Notes under the pieces: generated by a model | Database searches by the model: none | What the model was told of the DNA's origin: nothing | What the model saw: only the letters and a program-made list of their open reading frames with translations | IMG/VR virus record: IMGVR_UViG_3300006056_000027 | Location: 32,001 to 96,000 of that record | DNA from: a virus | Lineage: Duplodnaviria; Caudoviricetes | Strand: one strand, 5' to 3' | DNA: 64,000 nt | In this document: positions 1 to 7,438 of the stretch, piece after piece | Position numbering within the stretch: position 1 is the stretch's first letter | Layout of the letters: each line of letters starts with the position of its first letter | Translations under genes and position numbers: made by a program

Positions 1-2
1 AT

Positions 3-596
3 GGCGCTATAGGTAAAAATAATACTTTGCCTTGGCGAATTCCTAGTGAATTAAAACATTTTAAAAAATATACAGATGGCAAGATTGTTGTTTGTGGTAG
101 AAAAACTTTTGAATCTCTACCTTTCTTATTGAAGAATAGACATATGTTTGTCTTATCTAAAAATGAGAAAACTCTTGATCTCATGCAAGAACGTGCAGAT
201 TTGTTTAAAGAAAAGAATCAACAAGATCCTCCTTTCTGTGCATTAGTAAAATCTATGTCGCAATTTATTGAGACATATGATGGCTGGTTTGCAGATACTC
301 ATGAGGAGATATGTATTATAGGTGGAGCATTCATATATGAACTGTTTTACCCATATGCAGATAAAGTTGTTTATACGTTAGTGCATACTAGTATTGACGG
401 TGCTGATGCTTTTTTTGAAAAACCTAATAAGGCAATTTGGAGTATAACTAATACTCTGGCCACGCAGGTTCAGGAAGAAGGCGATGAATTTCCTTATTCA
501 ATTTATGAAGTAACGAAAAACAAATCGGCGGAAATTATTTCTATGAAAACACGTAAAGTGCTTACAGATGTGGAAATAATGAAATTAAGAATGTAA
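3..596 (+). CDS. folA: Dihydrofolate reductase (5'-truncated by window edge)
   Basis: Frame is open from base 3 (GAIGKNNTLPW). Motifs LPWRIPSELKHFK, VVCGRKTFESL, IIGGAFIY and DAFF are present. True start lies upstream of the window. Confidence 0.93.
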   Translation, partial: GAIGKNNTLPWRIPSELKHFKKYTDGKIVVCGRKTFESLPFLLKNRHMFVLSKNEKTLDLMQERADLFKEKNQQDPPFCALVKSMSQFIETYDGWFADTHEEICIIGGAFIYELFYPYADKVVYTLVHTSIDGADAFFEKPNKAIWSITNTLATQVQEEGDEFPYSIYEVTKNKSAEIISMKTRKVLTDVEIMKLRM

Positions 597-631
597 TTTT
601 TATTGTAAGTTTAGACGGTTAGGAGTAAAAT

Positions 632-1006
632 ATGGCATTGCCATTATTGAACGGTTCAGTTGTAAAAATTTGGCACGGCACACGTGGCCACGATTATGTT
701 GTTGTTTGTATTGATAGAAATGCTAAGAAAATTGGCCTATTGAAACACACCACAATTAACTATGATGGCTCTATTCACGGAGCAGTCACAGGTGTGCGTA
801 AATGGATTCCTTATGAAGAATTAGGAACACAAAAAATTGTCCCACGTATCGCGAGAGTGGTAGGCGTAAGACAAATTGATAGTACACAATTAGCAAACTT
901 CTTTAGCGAAATTGGCGTTACTAATGTTGCTGCTGTTGGCCATGTACACAATGTTGTAACTGCCATCGACACAGCTAATGATGCTCGTCAATTCGCTATG
1001 TTGTAA
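632..1006 (+). CDS. Hypothetical protein
   Basis: 124-aa ORF with AGGAG Shine-Dalgarno at 621-625; no family recognised. Confidence 0.7.
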   Translation: MALPLLNGSVVKIWHGTRGHDYVVVCIDRNAKKIGLLKHTTINYDGSIHGAVTGVRKWIPYEELGTQKIVPRIARVVGVRQIDSTQLANFFSEIGVTNVAAVGHVHNVVTAIDTANDARQFAML

Positions 1007-1020
1007 TACATAGGTAGATA

Positions 1021-1407
1021 ATGACTCAGAATATTTCTGTACAATATTTCCCGCCTAAAGGTGATGCAAAACCTTCAGATTTAGGTGGTGGATATGTTAC
1101 TAGTGGAATTTTAAAAACAAGTTTTAGACTTGTTAAGACAGATAAGAATGAACATGGATTCTTTCCTTCTTTCCCTAGTAAGAAAAACGAAACAACAGGT
1201 GAATGGAAAGAACTTGTTGAATTCCCTAATGGGGAAGCAAAAGAACAGTTTATTGCGCTCGTCAAGGATAAAATCCAAGCTGGCGGAGGTAATAGACCAA
1301 CTCAAGCTACAGGGCAACGTCCAGCTACGGCTGCTACTGCTAATAATATTGCTCGTCAAAAACCTCCAGCAATGGGCGTTCCTGGTGAGACTGGTATTCC
1401 TTGGTAA
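1021..1407 (+). CDS. SpoVG-like nucleic-acid-binding protein with disordered tail ending GIPW
   Basis: FRLVK..EHGFFPSFPSKK..TGEWKELVEFPNGEAKEQF resembles SpoVG (GLFVAMPSRK..GEFRDIAHPIN..RE). A low-complexity Gly/Ala/Thr linker and a terminal IPW resemble an SSB C-terminal tip. Confidence 0.6.
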   Translation: MTQNISVQYFPPKGDAKPSDLGGGYVTSGILKTSFRLVKTDKNEHGFFPSFPSKKNETTGEWKELVEFPNGEAKEQFIALVKDKIQAGGGNRPTQATGQRPATAATANNIARQKPPAMGVPGETGIPW

Positions 1408-1413
1408 TAGCTA

Positions 1414-1878
1414 ATGACGGATGTGCAAAAGAATTTAACTAGTTCACAATTCACATTATTTAAAGGTAAGTCTGCAATGAGAATGCAGCTCCAGAAACCA
1501 GAACGTCTCATTGAAGACAAGTATAAGACTGGCTGTATATTCTTGCAGATGGCTCCATTTAAAGAAGAAAAAAACGGAACACGCATATACTCTTGGGAAG
1601 ATCTAAAGATTTCAGTTAAACTTGGAATTAATGATTTAACTCAATTGATATACGCTTTTGATTCTGGCGGAGAAACTAATCTATTTCATCAATTTAACGA
1701 AAGCACTAAAACTATTGCTTTAAAAGTTAATGGTGATAGAGGATGGTTCTTATCTATTAATGAATCAAAAAAAGATGGAACTAAGTCAAACTTAAGCATT
1801 CCTGTTTCAAGGGAAGAAGGATACGCAGTATCTATAATGTTGAAAACAGCATTACCTCTTCTTCATAATTGGTTTTAA
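1414..1878 (+). CDS. Whirly-like ssDNA-binding protein
   Basis: FKGKSAM (Whirly KGKAAL), FLQMAP..RIYSW, LFH, GWFLSI, SIPVSREE and LPLLHNW are colinear with the recalled plant Whirly consensus. Confidence 0.75.
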   Translation: MTDVQKNLTSSQFTLFKGKSAMRMQLQKPERLIEDKYKTGCIFLQMAPFKEEKNGTRIYSWEDLKISVKLGINDLTQLIYAFDSGGETNLFHQFNESTKTIALKVNGDRGWFLSINESKKDGTKSNLSIPVSREEGYAVSIMLKTALPLLHNWF

Positions 1879-1900
1879 TTTTAATAGAAGGTAAATTTTC

Positions 1901-2167
1901 ATGGCTAATGAAAACAAAGCTCTTGCAAAACTGTCAGCAGCAGCAGCTCTAGCGGGTGTAAGTGCGGCAGCAAAAGCAGCAGCAGCAGCAAAGGTAGTAG
2001 CAGCAGCTGTTCCACAAAAAGCAAATCCGTTAGCGGCATTTGTTAAAACTACTCCTGCTGTCAAAGCGATTCAGGATTCAGTAAACGTATTTGATGTTCA
2101 AGCTGTTAAAAGCATTGAGATCATTGTACGTATTAATGGCAAAGACAACGTAGTGTTTTCACTATAA
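1901..2167 (+). CDS. Ala-rich hypothetical protein
   Basis: 88 aa with GCA-run-encoded Ala/Lys tracts; strong leader TAGAAGGTA at 1885-1893. Confidence 0.7.
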   Translation: MANENKALAKLSAAAALAGVSAAAKAAAAAKVVAAAVPQKANPLAAFVKTTPAVKAIQDSVNVFDVQAVKSIEIIVRINGKDNVVFSL

Positions 2168-2206
2168 TTGTCACAATCAATCAAAAATTTTTAGAAGGTA
2201 TTATTC

Positions 2207-2398
2207 ATGTCTAAGTCAATTCGCGTTATTTACGGTACAGAAATAGATCAAGTCGTTGATGGCGATTCAAAACCAGCAGATATCATTGCTGCATTAACCC
2301 CAACTTACAAAGAGTTAGCTGACTCCGAGTTCACATTGAAAGATGAAGGCGATTACAATGTAATGCGCATCACCTTGAAACAAGGCCGTAAAGCTTAA
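2207..2398 (+). CDS. Prokaryotic ubiquitin-like protein (PRTRC protein C / Prok_Ub-like)
   Basis: 63 aa. PADIIAALTPTYKELADSEF...ITLKQGRKA resembles PRTRC-C (PEQVR..YA..YPEL..A....F.RAVGTKG). Lies upstream of E2, JAB and E1 genes. Confidence 0.7.
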   Translation: MSKSIRVIYGTEIDQVVDGDSKPADIIAALTPTYKELADSEFTLKDEGDYNVMRITLKQGRKA

Positions 2399-2418
2399 TA
2401 AGCTGGTCTTGGGGGATT

Positions 2419-2447
2419 AAGGGGCGTAACTGCCCCTTTTATTTTTT
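2419..2447 (+). terminator. Rho-independent terminator after the Ubl gene
   Basis: AAGGGGC-GTAACT-GCCCCTT stem-loop followed by TTATTTTTT. Confidence 0.8.
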
Positions 2448-2744
2448 ATGCAAACTACACAATCCTTACTTGATTTATTTAAGACATTTTCCCATTCTTT
2501 GAAGGGCTCTAATCTACCACAGCAAGTTGTGGATTTTATTGAATTAATGTCCACTGCTAAATATTCAACCTTTTTAGATGAGGAAAAAACAAAAGTATAT
2601 AGCGAGCTAGATATTGTTGCTGCCATTAATGGTATGGGCGACTTTAATAGATCGTGTAAAGTATCTGTTCTTCACTTTTCTAGAATAAAAAAATATATAG
2701 CCAATCTCCCTTCCTTTACTGATCCTCAAGAGGATTACGTTTAA
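2448..2744 (+). CDS. Hypothetical protein in the Ubl cassette
   Basis: 98 aa; TAATG-coupled to the next gene. Confidence 0.65.
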   Translation: MQTTQSLLDLFKTFSHSLKGSNLPQQVVDFIELMSTAKYSTFLDEEKTKVYSELDIVAAINGMGDFNRSCKVSVLHFSRIKKYIANLPSFTDPQEDYV

Positions 2745-4090
2745 TGACAATTACCGCTAGGGACATTGTTAACTTTCCGAGTTACATGTCATTCTTTTTC
2801 ACTGGAGCGTATTCTAATTCTAATGGATACTCTACTAGGAACATCGCACCGAATCTCTCTGATATCAAAGATATCTGTAGTAAGACTTCAAAGCTACTAA
2901 ATAATATTGTAAAAACAAACTTAGATGCTGTTACTGGCATTAAAGACTCTTCAACTACTCCTGCTGTTCATATTAATAGATTCAATATTTCCTTATTTGA
3001 TCCAGAATTAACTTTGATTAAAAGTAGAAGAAGAACTGCCTCAACTTATCATGACGTCACTATGGGTGACTATTGCAATTATGAACTTACGTTTTCTTGT
3101 AAGCATCATATGTATGCACGTCTTGGCGCTAATCCAGTTGACTGTACGTCTCCTGATGCATTAAAGCTTATTCTTGCCAATATATTTGGATTTGATTTTT
3201 CTATTCAGAATGATTTTGGAAGATTTGATAACAAATATGAATATACAAATGTTCAGACCTATTATAAGAATGCTGTAGAGAAGATGAAAAAAGGCGAAGT
3301 ATTTATTTACGGATTCTTTTCTCCTGATGAGGCTATAGGTTTATTAACTAACCGTCAGAAATTAATAGGTTCTATTGACTCTTTAGCTGCTTCTAGTCTT
3401 AGACCAATGATGGACTTGTCTCATCTTAGCAATGTTACATTATCGCCTTTGATGTCTCCAAAAGGACTTTCAAGATCTTATTTTACTTCTAATGTGTCTG
3501 CTAATTTGACACCTCTTGATATTGTTAAGCCTACAACTATGGTTCCTTTAAGAGCTTCTAGGTACTTAATTGAGACTGGTCATTCAGATGTATTAAATTC
3601 TACTTATAAGATTTCAGATGTTGTAATTAATTTTAATTGTCAAAATATTAAAGATCATTTTGTTTTGTCTCCAAATATCTTTACCAAGATTAGTAAGTCC
3701 TTATTGTCTCTTCAGGAGACTACTCAAGTTCCTGATAACATGATGGTATTTGCTCCAGCTGCTGCTCGTAATTATAATAACAGATTGTCTTCTGAGTTCT
3801 TTAGAGCTATTACAGAAGAGAAGATGTATAACCGTGCTGCTGGTGGATATATCACTGCAAAGAATCTTTGCGATGTTTCTTTTGCACTTGGTGGTGGTAA
3901 GTTTGTTACATTTATTATTACTGATATACCTAATTTGTTTGATCATAAACTTGATCTTAGTGTCAGTATGAATCTTAAATTTCATAATGATTTTTTTAAA
4001 GATTCTAATTCCGTGTCACAAGGGATGACTTCATTGGTTGAAACTATAAATGAAGCATTTATAAAAAAGGAGCCTGTTACTAATGGCTAA
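2744..4090 (+). CDS. Hypothetical protein in the Ubl cassette
   Basis: 448-aa ORF coupled on both sides; no family recognised. Confidence 0.75.
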   Translation: MTITARDIVNFPSYMSFFFTGAYSNSNGYSTRNIAPNLSDIKDICSKTSKLLNNIVKTNLDAVTGIKDSSTTPAVHINRFNISLFDPELTLIKSRRRTASTYHDVTMGDYCNYELTFSCKHHMYARLGANPVDCTSPDALKLILANIFGFDFSIQNDFGRFDNKYEYTNVQTYYKNAVEKMKKGEVFIYGFFSPDEAIGLLTNRQKLIGSIDSLAASSLRPMMDLSHLSNVTLSPLMSPKGLSRSYFTSNVSANLTPLDIVKPTTMVPLRASRYLIETGHSDVLNSTYKISDVVINFNCQNIKDHFVLSPNIFTKISKSLLSLQETTQVPDNMMVFAPAAARNYNNRLSSEFFRAITEEKMYNRAAGGYITAKNLCDVSFALGGGKFVTFIITDIPNLFDHKLDLSVSMNLKFHNDFFKDSNSVSQGMTSLVETINEAFIKKEPVTNG

Positions 4091-4799
4091 AACTGTTTTT
4101 AATATGGAAATTCTTGATGATGGCTCTATGGTTATAGAATCAACTGATGGATCCGTTAAGTCTAAAAAGACAACATCTTTAGGTTACTTCCTAGAGACTT
4201 TTGGTAGTATGTTCAATAGTATTGAAACTCCTATATTGCCATTAAATTGTAGAAAAATTATCAAATCAAGTACCAATGAATTGTATATATTTGAGTATCC
4301 TTCTGCTTATAGAAGAATCACTTATGATGATGTTCATTATGAAAATGTGCTTTGTCCAAGAACTATCTTTATTGTTAAACTGGCCGTTGATGGTGCTGGT
4401 GCTAAAACTTTAGTTAAGGCTAATTTCTTTATTCCAGATAACATTAGTCCATTTAGTTTAGATATGCCTTTGCATACTTGGATCTTTAATAACTTTAAAG
4501 AAGGCACTATTTGTTGGGGCACCAATGAAAGTACCGCTAGAAAACTATTAACAAACGATCCATCTACGTATGCTGGTTTGTTTAATGTTTATATTGGTTC
4601 AAAATTTAATGACCATTGGCCTCAACAGGTTAATACTGCTGCGTTTATCAAAGATACTCCCGATGCTATTGGTCGTCCGCATATGTTAAAAATTATTTTA
4701 GGTTTGCAAAATAAACAGGTGTTTCCTGATTCTGCATTAACCAAAACTCCAATCACTTTAAGACAAATTGTTGTCGATTACAATTCTGGAAAATTTTAA
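4083..4799 (+). CDS. Prokaryotic E2-like conjugating enzyme (PRTRC protein B / Prok-E2_D-like)
   Basis: ETPILP, PRTIF, PLHTWIFNNFKEGTICWG (E2-type N..G.IC motif with putative catalytic Cys) and SKFN. Confidence 0.75.
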   Translation: MAKTVFNMEILDDGSMVIESTDGSVKSKKTTSLGYFLETFGSMFNSIETPILPLNCRKIIKSSTNELYIFEYPSAYRRITYDDVHYENVLCPRTIFIVKLAVDGAGAKTLVKANFFIPDNISPFSLDMPLHTWIFNNFKEGTICWGTNESTARKLLTNDPSTYAGLFNVYIGSKFNDHWPQQVNTAAFIKDTPDAIGRPHMLKIILGLQNKQVFPDSALTKTPITLRQIVVDYNSGKF

Positions 4800-5923
4800 T
4801 GTCCAATTTGATGTCTGTGCTCTTAGGTTCTAAGGGTGAATCTAAAATTGAAGATCTAGAATCTACTAAGCAATTTTGTACTGGTTTATTTAAAAATGGC
4901 TTATGGGAAAGACGTAAGACGGATTTAGGTTATTTTACTCATCAGCTAAATAATATTGAGATTCCGTATCTTACTAAGACCTGTACGCCAAAATTCGAAA
5001 TGTCTCTGCCTAAGATGCCTATTGGTATTTATAATGAGATTTTGAGATTCTTTTTACAGATCTATGGATCTGTTAAGTCTGAAGTTATTGTCCAAGTGTT
5101 TTGGAATTTAACTACTAAGAAGTATGAATTGTACGTTCCTGTACAAAAAGTTGCTGGCGCTTCTATCGTTCTAGAAAGAAATCTTGGGCCAATGATTGAT
5201 CCTAATATGGCATGGATTGCTGACATTCATAGTCATAATGTTATGGGTGCTGGATTCTCTGGTACTGATACGAATGATGAAAAATCTACTCGTTTGTTTG
5301 GTGTTATTGGTACTATTACTACTAAACCAACAAGTGCTTGGAGAGCTGGATGCAATCAGAAGTTTGTAACTTTACAAATGATTGATATCTTTGATTCCGA
5401 ATCTACAGAAGTGTTTGCTATTGATCCAGAGGCAATCAAAAACGTTACTGAATTTCGACCTGCCGTGGTTATAAGCTATCCGCCATTAGGTAATCGTATT
5501 CAAAGCCAAGCTACCGTAAGAGATGCTCATGGTAGAATTATTTCTCCTCATGTTAAGTATCCTGTTACTGGTGTTCCTATTAGTCCAGAGCGCTATCCAA
5601 AAGGCGACTTTGATTATATGGCGTATTTAGATTATCTATCCGACGGAGATGAGTCTGCTGATGAATGGGCCAAGCCAATTTATTATGATGCTGTAACTGA
5701 TTTTATTAAAACCTTTAAGGCTTGGGTTTCCTCTGTCAATGATGGAGATGATAGTCAGGCTATTAATAGACAGCTGATTTCAGATTTCTGCGATATGATT
5801 AGCGAATGCGATATGATGGAACAAGATTTTATTGAAGATGTTATTAACGAGCTATCATTACACGCCTCTAGTAGAGAGTGGATTGATATTGTTAAGCATG
5901 CATCAGACTTAGGAGGATTTTAA
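4799..5923 (+). CDS. JAB/MPN+ metallopeptidase (PRTRC protein A-like) with acidic C-terminal extension
   Basis: SEVIV (catalytic Glu), VPVQKVAGAS, DIHSHNVMGAGFSGTDTNDE (HxH..S..D) and FGVIG. Confidence 0.88.
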   Translation: MSNLMSVLLGSKGESKIEDLESTKQFCTGLFKNGLWERRKTDLGYFTHQLNNIEIPYLTKTCTPKFEMSLPKMPIGIYNEILRFFLQIYGSVKSEVIVQVFWNLTTKKYELYVPVQKVAGASIVLERNLGPMIDPNMAWIADIHSHNVMGAGFSGTDTNDEKSTRLFGVIGTITTKPTSAWRAGCNQKFVTLQMIDIFDSESTEVFAIDPEAIKNVTEFRPAVVISYPPLGNRIQSQATVRDAHGRIISPHVKYPVTGVPISPERYPKGDFDYMAYLDYLSDGDESADEWAKPIYYDAVTDFIKTFKAWVSSVNDGDDSQAINRQLISDFCDMISECDMMEQDFIEDVINELSLHASSREWIDIVKHASDLGGF

Positions 5924-7284
5924 TGGACGACGTACAATTAGAGAATATGAAAAGCTCTCTTGCTTATCAGATTAAAAATCATCAATCTTCTGTTATTGGT
6001 GTTCAACTAATACATAGCTCCTTGAATACTTTATTTAAACAATCTATTTTTAATAAAGCTATTACAGAAACCTTAATGCAGGGTTTGTTAGTTGACTCTA
6101 AAACTATTACATCAATTGTTATTAATGGATGTGGTGGCACTGGAGGCTGGTTCTTGCCTAAGCTTGTTAAGATTCTTAATGATGCTAAAGCAAAAGGAAA
6201 GCTTGCTGATGTTCTAGATATCTATCTTATTGATGGCGATAAGGTTTCAAGAAAGAATCTGATTAGACAGAATTTTATTGAAAGAGATATTGATAAAAAC
6301 AAAGCTGAAGTAATGTGTAATAGATATTCTGGTCTTTTATCTCGTGGCATAAATATGTGCTATATAGATAAATATGTTACTAGTAAATCTATTCTTGAAA
6401 CCTACAACCCTTTAATTGCTGGTAAGTTTGTAGATGTTCAAAGCTTGCCATATATGGGGACCAATAGAGGTGCTAATAGAAACACTGTTTTAATTCTTAA
6501 CTTTGTTGATAATGCTGTTAGTAGAAAAGTAATCCATCAAAGCGCTATCAATATTGGCAACACTGGCATGACCGATGCTGTTGTTATTGACGCTGGTAAC
6601 AACTCTTATAATGGACAGGTTATAGTCTCTTCCTATCCACATGTTTTACCTTCTAATTATTATATAAATTCTTCTGATGAATTGTATGATAATGAGGCTG
6701 TTAAACTAGAGAATTGTGCTGATGCTGATTTGGCTGCTAATAATCCTGAACAATTATTTAATGCAAACGATTTTTCGGCTGCTGTTACTGGTAATTTAAT
6801 TAACACCTTATTTGCTGAAAATAGAATTCATTACGGGCAAACTGGTTTCACGACTGGTAGTAATTTAACTATCACTCAAATATATCCGTTAATGTCATGT
6901 ATTTCTCATGGTAAGAATCTTCTTTATGCTTTAGCTACTGTAAATAAGATGCGTGTTAATGAACCTATTATTGAACAGTTTAAGACTGTTGATAATGCAA
7001 AATATCTTCAGTTGGTTCAGCAATACATTTTTAGTGGTTCAAATTATTACATTGGTAGCAATTTAGCAGTAGGGACTAATTTGTTCCTTACGAATATCCG
7101 TAAATACATTAATGATGTTTATATACCTAATGCAACTATGCAGCATTCTAGTAGCTCCTATATTTCATCAGCTGAAATGTTACAAGTTAGTCTAAAATTA
7201 TATGTACATTCGCTCGAACAGGCCAAACTTGCTCAGAAGGCAAAGCCTACAAACGAAGGGCAGCAGATTGCTCTTGCAGCCTAA
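5923..7284 (+). CDS. ThiF/E1-like activating enzyme (PRTRC ThiF-like)
   Basis: GCGGTGG nucleotide loop, DGDKVSRKNLIRQNF, NKAEV, VDN..SR, IDAGN..GQV and ENCAD..EQLFNAN (putative thioester Cys). Confidence 0.92.
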   Translation: MDDVQLENMKSSLAYQIKNHQSSVIGVQLIHSSLNTLFKQSIFNKAITETLMQGLLVDSKTITSIVINGCGGTGGWFLPKLVKILNDAKAKGKLADVLDIYLIDGDKVSRKNLIRQNFIERDIDKNKAEVMCNRYSGLLSRGINMCYIDKYVTSKSILETYNPLIAGKFVDVQSLPYMGTNRGANRNTVLILNFVDNAVSRKVIHQSAINIGNTGMTDAVVIDAGNNSYNGQVIVSSYPHVLPSNYYINSSDELYDNEAVKLENCADADLAANNPEQLFNANDFSAAVTGNLINTLFAENRIHYGQTGFTTGSNLTITQIYPLMSCISHGKNLLYALATVNKMRVNEPIIEQFKTVDNAKYLQLVQQYIFSGSNYYIGSNLAVGTNLFLTNIRKYINDVYIPNATMQHSSSSYISSAEMLQVSLKLYVHSLEQAKLAQKAKPTNEGQQIALAA

Positions 7285-7304
7285 ACATATAGATACTGGT
7301 CTTT

Positions 7305-7423
7305 CTTTTGAGTCTTTTCTTGGCCAGTTTTCTGGCCTTTTAGATTTGTATGTAGATGTTAATAGTCTATGCACAAAGATCTTGGTTAGCCCAGATATCT
7401 ATAAGACTGATAAGGCTCAAAAG
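7305..7423 (+). ncRNA. Candidate retron msr/msd non-coding RNA
   Basis: 12-bp inverted repeat CTTTTGAGTCTT (7305-7316) / AAGGCTCAAAAG (7412-7423, one G-U pair) encloses a perfect GGCCAG-TTTT-CTGGCC hairpin (7322-7337) and an imperfect long hairpin (7342-7382). It lies just upstream of in-frame RT ATG 7439. Confidence 0.45.
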
Positions 7424-7438
7424 TCTATTAAGTATTTG

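Noticed and set aside
1935-2010. GCA trinucleotide runs as a regulatory microsatellite
   Set aside because: Explained by poly-Ala coding in ORF 1901-2167.
7202-7284. Programmed frameshift fusing E1/ThiF to the RT (RT frame is +1 and overlaps by 83 nt)
   Set aside because: No recognisable slippery sequence in the overlap, and an ncRNA-like structure plus ATG 7439 explains the region more simply. Not fully excluded.
5923-7284. ThiF as a thiamine/molybdopterin biosynthesis or microcin maturation enzyme
   Set aside because: No such pathway genes nearby; the E2, JAB and Ubl neighbours point to conjugation.
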